Shown here: piece after piece, positions 59,555-64,000 of the stretch
How the letters are laid out: each line of letters opens with the position of its first letter
How positions within the stretch are numbered: position 1 is the first letter of the stretch
DNA from: an uncultured Phycisphaerales bacterium
GTDB taxonomy: Bacteria; Planctomycetota; Phycisphaerae; Phycisphaerales; SM1A02
Reading direction: 5' to 3'
Assembly: GCA_938084645.1 (NCBI GenBank)
Contig: CALKEP010000010.1
Span: 21,851-85,850 of the forward strand
Length of the DNA stretch: 64,000 bases
Notes under the pieces: generated by a model
Told to the model about the DNA's origin: nothing
Database searches by the model: none
What the model saw: only the letters and a program-made list of their open reading frames with translations
Program-made: the position numbers and the translations under genes

Positions 59555-61318
59555 TCAGGCCCATGTCCCGTGCAGAAACCATCGCCGATCGGATGACGCC
59601 CGGAAGATCCAGATCCAGGTGCCCGACTCCAGTTCGAGACGCCAGTAGTCGCGCCGATGTTCACGAAGAAGCCGGCCATCTCGACTCCCACCGCGTTCGG
59701 ATGTTCGCCACCAGGGCGCCCCGATGCGTTCCGGCCCCTGGGCGAGTCTCACCGAATAGGGCGAGCCTTTCCGGCTCACCGAGATGGGAATTCCCGCGTC
59801 GCATCGAACCACGATCGGAATCGGTGGCCGATGAATGATCGTCGGTCGTGATTCATCGCCGAGTACCGAGGCCGCTTCAGCCGCGGCCCCCTCGTTCGTC
59901 TCCGATGACGCTCCGTCAACGCAGACGATCCGGGACTCGTCCTCCGGCACGTGGGCGGAAGACGCCGACATCCGACGCACGGCGTTGGATCCGAGACGAG
60001 CCTGCACCGCCTCGATGAATTCCGTGACCTCGACGTCGACCCGACCGGCGCCTCGATCGCCTTCGCCCGATCCCGACGAATGGATCATCGGCGAGGATTC
60101 ATGAGCGATCCGACGATGTCGCGGGACTTCGAGTTCGAGGGCGTCGACGCCGTCATCGAGCGGGAGTCGTTCGATCGCCGGTCGGAGCATCGTCCACAGG
60201 CGTCCACGTCGACGGGTCGGCCGTCGTGGTTCCACGACCTCGATCCAGTCTTCCTTCATCGGACGCTCGGCCTTCAAGCGCACGAGGCACGCTCCCGATT
60301 CAAGTCGTTCGAGTCGGCGCCGGAGGTTCCTGAGGAGATCCGCGACCGCCAGTTCGATCGCTTCACGAGACCGAACCGGACCATCGAAATCGCGTCGTAC
60401 CGAAACGACGGTCGGCGGACGCACGGGATCGAGGATCAGCGGAATCCTTCCCGTCGCCTGGTCGATTCGCTGCAGCACGGCCGCTCCGTATCGAGCCGGC
60501 AAGGCGGTTCGCGGAAGCCGACGAAGCTCTCCCACGAATCTCACGTTCACCGCACGCAGCGCCTCCAGGGTCTCGGAATCAAGATCGATCGCCTCGACCG
60601 GAAGCCCCGCAAGACGAGCCCCATGTCGACCCGGGGGAAGGATCCGGTGATCCGGCGGTGACACGCCATCGTTCCCGGCGGTGAGATCTTCGCCATCCAT
60701 GTCGAACGGGCGCCAGGCATTTCGATATCCGGCCCAGGCCCGCGCCGCCATGGCGGTGTCCGCGATCGCCATGGACGAGGCGAAACCGTGACGCGTGAAG
60801 CATCGCTCCATTCGATTCAGGAGACCCGCCTCGCCGCCCTTCTTCTTCAGGATCCGATGACAGCCGGAGAGATCGAGCAGGATTCCGTCTTCGCCATCCA
60901 CCACGGCGACCGGCGCGAATCGGAGACAGGCGATCGCAAGTCGCCGCAGATCCGCCAGATCACGGCGAGGCGTCGATGGCGACTGCAGCATCGCTGTCGG
61001 ACGGAATCCGCCCGACGGGCTCGAGGCCATGATCGCCCGCGCCTCCGCGAGCGTCATCATTCGACGAACGCCCAGGCGTGCCGACCGTGAACAGCAGTCG
61101 ATCACCCGTTGGACGTTGTTCCGCAGGCCGACCACCAGGACGTGTTCGGCGGCGTCTTCCCCGGGTTCGTGGATTCCATCGCTCTGATCCACGGGCCGGC
61201 CACGAATCGCACTCCGGGAAGAGTCCGCCGAATTTCTCCCCGACCGCCGTCGGTGTCGCCGTCTCGCGAGATCCGTGGGCAGGTTCGGCAGTCTGATCGA
61301 GGCGAATCTTCGAAACAT
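59555..61318 (-). CDS. imuB: ImuB, Y-family polymerase-like accessory protein
   Basis: DGILLDLSG, AIADT..AARA, GPERIGAPWW, RDYW, WFLHG; SD AAAGGA before ATG 61318. Confidence 0.9.
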   Translation of the reverse strand: MFRRFASIRLPNLPTDLARRRHRRRSGRNSADSSRSAIRGRPVDQSDGIHEPGEDAAEHVLVVGLRNNVQRVIDCCSRSARLGVRRMMTLAEARAIMASSPSGGFRPTAMLQSPSTPRRDLADLRRLAIACLRFAPVAVVDGEDGILLDLSGCHRILKKKGGEAGLLNRMERCFTRHGFASSMAIADTAMAARAWAGYRNAWRPFDMDGEDLTAGNDGVSPPDHRILPPGRHGARLAGLPVEAIDLDSETLEALRAVNVRFVGELRRLPRTALPARYGAAVLQRIDQATGRIPLILDPVRPPTVVSVRRDFDGPVRSREAIELAVADLLRNLRRRLERLESGACLVRLKAERPMKEDWIEVVEPRRPTRRRGRLWTMLRPAIERLPLDDGVDALELEVPRHRRIAHESSPMIHSSGSGEGDRGAGRVDVEVTEFIEAVQARLGSNAVRRMSASSAHVPEDESRIVCVDGASSETNEGAAAEAASVLGDESRPTIIHRPPIPIVVRCDAGIPISVSRKGSPYSVRLAQGPERIGAPWWRTSERGGSRDGRLLREHRRDYWRLELESGTWIWIFRASSDRRWFLHGTWA

Positions 61319-62507
61319 CGTGTTCCTTTTCAATGGATGAATCGAGCGTGGAGCGATCACGCCCCTCGACGACGCTGCATCGCACGGCTTCTCCAGTCGG
61401 CCAGTCGTCGGAGACGATCCCTTCGAGGCATTCGCCCCGGGTCGGCGCGGCCTGGGGCATTCGGCATCGAACCAGACGGAGCCGCCAGCGTCTTGAATCC
61501 CGGATGGGCCTGATGTCGTCGGGCGATGCAGGCCCCGTGGCCGGGGACGGCTCGATCAGCCATCGGGTCGACGCGGAGGAGCGAAGCCGGACGTCTTTCG
61601 GAGGGCGTACCACCATCACCAGCAGCGCGGACTCCCCACGCCGCCGCCGCTCGAGCAGCCCCAGCTGGACTCGCCGGCTGTCGAGGGCGTCGAATGCGCT
61701 TCCATCGACGATCACCGCATCGAGCGCCGGGGTTCGAATCGCGGCCTCCAGACACCAGCGCCTCGCCGCCCGATCGTCTTCCTCTGGAAGGACGAAGACG
61801 GATCGATCGAGCAACCGGGCATCGACACCGCACGACGTGTTCTGAAATGCGTTCGACATGCCACCGTGGCCATGGCCCGCCATCTGGTTGTCGGCCATCA
61901 CGGCGGTCGTCGCAGTGCACCGCGACACGAGATTCCATGGTCCCGGCAGGCATCGTCTCCCGATCCAGGCGATGTTGGGAGCGGATCGACCGAGCACGTC
62001 GTGTGCGTTTCGAAGCCGATGAAGAATGCCGATCACCGGTCCGAGGCACGGCACCCAGTGGCCCGTGAGCCGGTCTTCTGGCTCGTCGCCTGGATGCTCA
62101 CTCGGACATTCTCTTTGAACGGCGAACGGATCACCGAGCCACTCGTGCATCCCATGGCGGATCAATCCGCCGCCGATATCGGCATCGATCGCATTGCATC
62201 CCGTGGAAATCCGTTCCAACTCGCTCGGCCGTGCTTCAGGACGATCACGACGCCCATGCGCCGACTCATCGTCGATCTCGATGTTCGCCGGCTTGCCTGT
62301 GACCTGCCCATCAAGCGCGAAGTCGCCATGTCCTTCATCGATGCCGGACATCGCCTCGACGTCCCATTGCGCGAGCAGGCGATCCTGGCGATCGAGTCCG
62401 CCGCCGCCGACGACCAGCTGGTCAATCGTCTTCTGGATCCGTTCGATCTCACGCGACCCGTGAAATCGACCGGGCTGATGTTGGCGTTCGTACTTGCTTG
62501 ATGCCAT
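60960..62507 (-). CDS. imuA: ImuA-like (RecA-like) mutagenesis accessory protein; ends uncertain
   Basis: STGCNAIDADIGGGL..G.HE, WCLEAAIR...AVIVD....DSRRVQL, SSASTRW, WRLRLVRCR; upstream of imuB-dnaE2. Confidence 0.8.
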   Translation of the reverse strand: MASSKYERQHQPGRFHGSREIERIQKTIDQLVVGGGGLDRQDRLLAQWDVEAMSGIDEGHGDFALDGQVTGKPANIEIDDESAHGRRDRPEARPSELERISTGCNAIDADIGGGLIRHGMHEWLGDPFAVQRECPSEHPGDEPEDRLTGHWVPCLGPVIGILHRLRNAHDVLGRSAPNIAWIGRRCLPGPWNLVSRCTATTAVMADNQMAGHGHGGMSNAFQNTSCGVDARLLDRSVFVLPEEDDRAARRWCLEAAIRTPALDAVIVDGSAFDALDSRRVQLGLLERRRRGESALLVMVVRPPKDVRLRSSASTRWLIEPSPATGPASPDDIRPIRDSRRWRLRLVRCRMPQAAPTRGECLEGIVSDDWPTGEAVRCSVVEGRDRSTLDSSIEKEHDVSKIRLDQTAEPAHGSRETATPTAVGEKFGGLFPECDSWPARGSERWNPRTRGRRRRTRPGGRPAEQRPTGDRLLFTVGTPGRSSNDDARGGAGDHGLEPVGRIPSDSDAAVAIDASP

Positions 62508-62736
62508 CCGATGCCATCTCCACGGCCACAGTTCCGCGAAGTCCTTCGCGTTGAACAGCCCTTGCCTGACGCGTGAACGCCTCGGGCACCATTGATCTCA
62601 CGGCCTTCCGGGGCCTTCGCCTCGCCTCCGATGCGCGGCATTCCATTCACGGATCGAGCGGCTCGAGGTCGGCTTCGCTTCCACCATCGGGACGGAAGCG
62701 ATTCACGGACCTGACCACTTCTGATCGGTCTTTGTT

Positions 62737-62764
62737 AGGGTATCTTTCGATTGGTTGCTGTCAA
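62737..62764 (-). promoter_or_regulatory. sigma70 promoter upstream of imuA (TTGACA-16 nt-TACCCT)
   Basis: Perfect TTGACA at 62764-62759 and TACCCT at 62742-62737 in a locally AT-rich patch. Confidence 0.6.
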
Positions 62765-62812
62765 CCCGAAAAACAGGGGCACGGCCGGCGTGCAACCGGC
62801 CATCCGGCGGGG

Positions 62813-63805
62813 TCATCTCAGCCAGCGACGGATCATGCCCCGAATTCCGCGCTCGTCGAGCCGACTGATGGTCTTCCAGTTTCGAATCGACCAGGGGACC
62901 AATCCGAGCACCGAACCCAGGAATCGAATCGGTGCGATACGACGGTTCGGAATCGGCAGCCCCAGCGCCTTCGAGGTGCGTCCCGTCAGGAGACGAAGCC
63001 AGATGATTTCAGCCGCGCCCAGGGGCTTCGGAGAAGCAGCGACGCCTTCGAAACTCGAATTCGAACGCTCGAACTCCGCATCTTCGAAATCCGGAAGCGC
63101 GAGATGCCGACGAATCCGAGCCATGACGCGCGGCGGATCGGACCGGACCTCGTCGAGCCGAACGAGCATCACCGATTCGGGCCATTTCATCACCGCCCGC
63201 TTCGCCTCTTGAAGCGTGCGACGGCAGACGAGACTCGCAAGCATCGGATGGTAGAGACGGTGGAATCGCGATCGAATCTCAGGCGACTTTCGATCGCCCT
63301 GATGCTTGTAGGACCGAAGGAACGCTTCAGGCTCCCGGATCATCACCAACACCCTGGCCTCCGGCATGGCCGCGAAGATCCGTTCCAGATGCTGGAGGTG
63401 ATGCGGCGTCTTCTCGACCCAGATTTCACGTCCTGCACCCCTGGCGATGGCTTCGCCGATCGCCTTGAAGACGACGGCCGGCTTGATGCCGGCCGGAGAT
63501 TCCAGGATCGCGGCTGCACCCGCCTCAGGCATGACCCGAGGATCCGATGCAAGCGCCCCCGGCCCGTTGTACGGGACCAGGATGTTTCCCCGCAGCAGTT
63601 CCGACGCCCGGGCCAGATCGTCCGCATCCAGTCGGCCGTCCTCGCCGGGGGCCACCCAGTGCCTTCCCCAGAAGAGCGATTCCCCGTACGCCGCGACCCG
63701 CGGATCCGCGTTGAGCGCCCGCGTCATCGCCGTGGTTCCACCCCGCGGCATGCCCATGATCAGGCGCGGGGGATCCGAGATTGCCGGTACCGGCGTCGCA
63801 GTCAT
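62813..63805 (-). CDS. Sulfotransferase family protein
   Basis: IMGMPRGGTT (5'-PSB loop), WVEKTPHH, MIREP..FLRSY (3'-PB). Confidence 0.85.
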   Translation of the reverse strand: MTATPVPAISDPPRLIMGMPRGGTTAMTRALNADPRVAAYGESLFWGRHWVAPGEDGRLDADDLARASELLRGNILVPYNGPGALASDPRVMPEAGAAAILESPAGIKPAVVFKAIGEAIARGAGREIWVEKTPHHLQHLERIFAAMPEARVLVMIREPEAFLRSYKHQGDRKSPEIRSRFHRLYHPMLASLVCRRTLQEAKRAVMKWPESVMLVRLDEVRSDPPRVMARIRRHLALPDFEDAEFERSNSSFEGVAASPKPLGAAEIIWLRLLTGRTSKALGLPIPNRRIAPIRFLGSVLGLVPWSIRNWKTISRLDERGIRGMIRRWLR

Positions 63806-63815
63806 CTTCGCATCA

Positions 63816-63998
63816 TCATGGGTCGGGATCATCGGAGCAACCGATCGTCCCGAAAAGGTCCTCCTCATCCGAGGGCGGATCCAGGAGATCCGGCCCCTCG
63901 TGCCGGACGTCGTTCACGCGATCACCGATCGGGCGGACCGTGAGGAGCTCGCGGGGCGCCGGACGAAGAAGCCGTTCGAGGCGTGCCCTGCCGTCGAG
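63816..63998 (-). CDS. C-terminal fragment of an SOS response-associated peptidase (SRAP/YedK family), cut by the window edge
   Basis: Manual translation, absent from the ORF track: ...RLLRPAPRELLTVRPIGDRVNDVRHEGPDLLDP..., matching the SRAP C-terminal pattern; near imuABC. Confidence 0.7.
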   Translation of the reverse strand, partial: LDGRARLERLLRPAPRELLTVRPIGDRVNDVRHEGPDLLDPPSDEEDLFGTIGCSDDPDP

Positions 63999-64000
63999 GC

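Noticed and set aside
62162..62650. Possible lexA or other gene upstream of imuA
   Set aside because: The translation shows no HTH or S24 peptidase motifs and overlaps imuA out of frame

Overview
High-GC bacterial chromosomal segment. It is most likely from Planctomycetota (Phycisphaerae-like), inferred from an enlarged SecA, an FlgI/HEAT protein, a Minf_1886-family gene and secreted proteins with dockerin-like tails. It holds about 45 mostly core genes. Protein export: secA, tgt-yajC-secDF, ffh, prepilin peptidase. Chromosome and DNA repair: smc, xseAB, recG, polX, imuA-imuB-dnaE2 and a partial SRAP gene. Envelope: mlaF/mlaD/mlaE, two OmpA/MotB-like lipoproteins and a CsgG-like/COG3014/YcfL/LpoB operon. 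Also present are tRNA-Lys(CTT) and two large acidic secreted repeat proteins. No CRISPR array, rRNA, prophage or transposase was seen. Main observations: (1) a hydrophobic leader ORF ending in LPPP directly upstream of secA, a candidate SecM-like arrest peptide; (2) a membrane protein just downstream of secDF that fuses a duplicated SecD periplasmic head domain to two LysM domains; (3) at least seven genes plus the tRNA with a TANNNT -10 box exactly 6 nt before the start, suggesting widespread leaderless transcripts; (4) a catalytically degenerate site-2 protease next to an intact rhomboid with the same C-terminal domain, in the secDF gene run. All family assignments come from motif recognition by eye; no searches were run.
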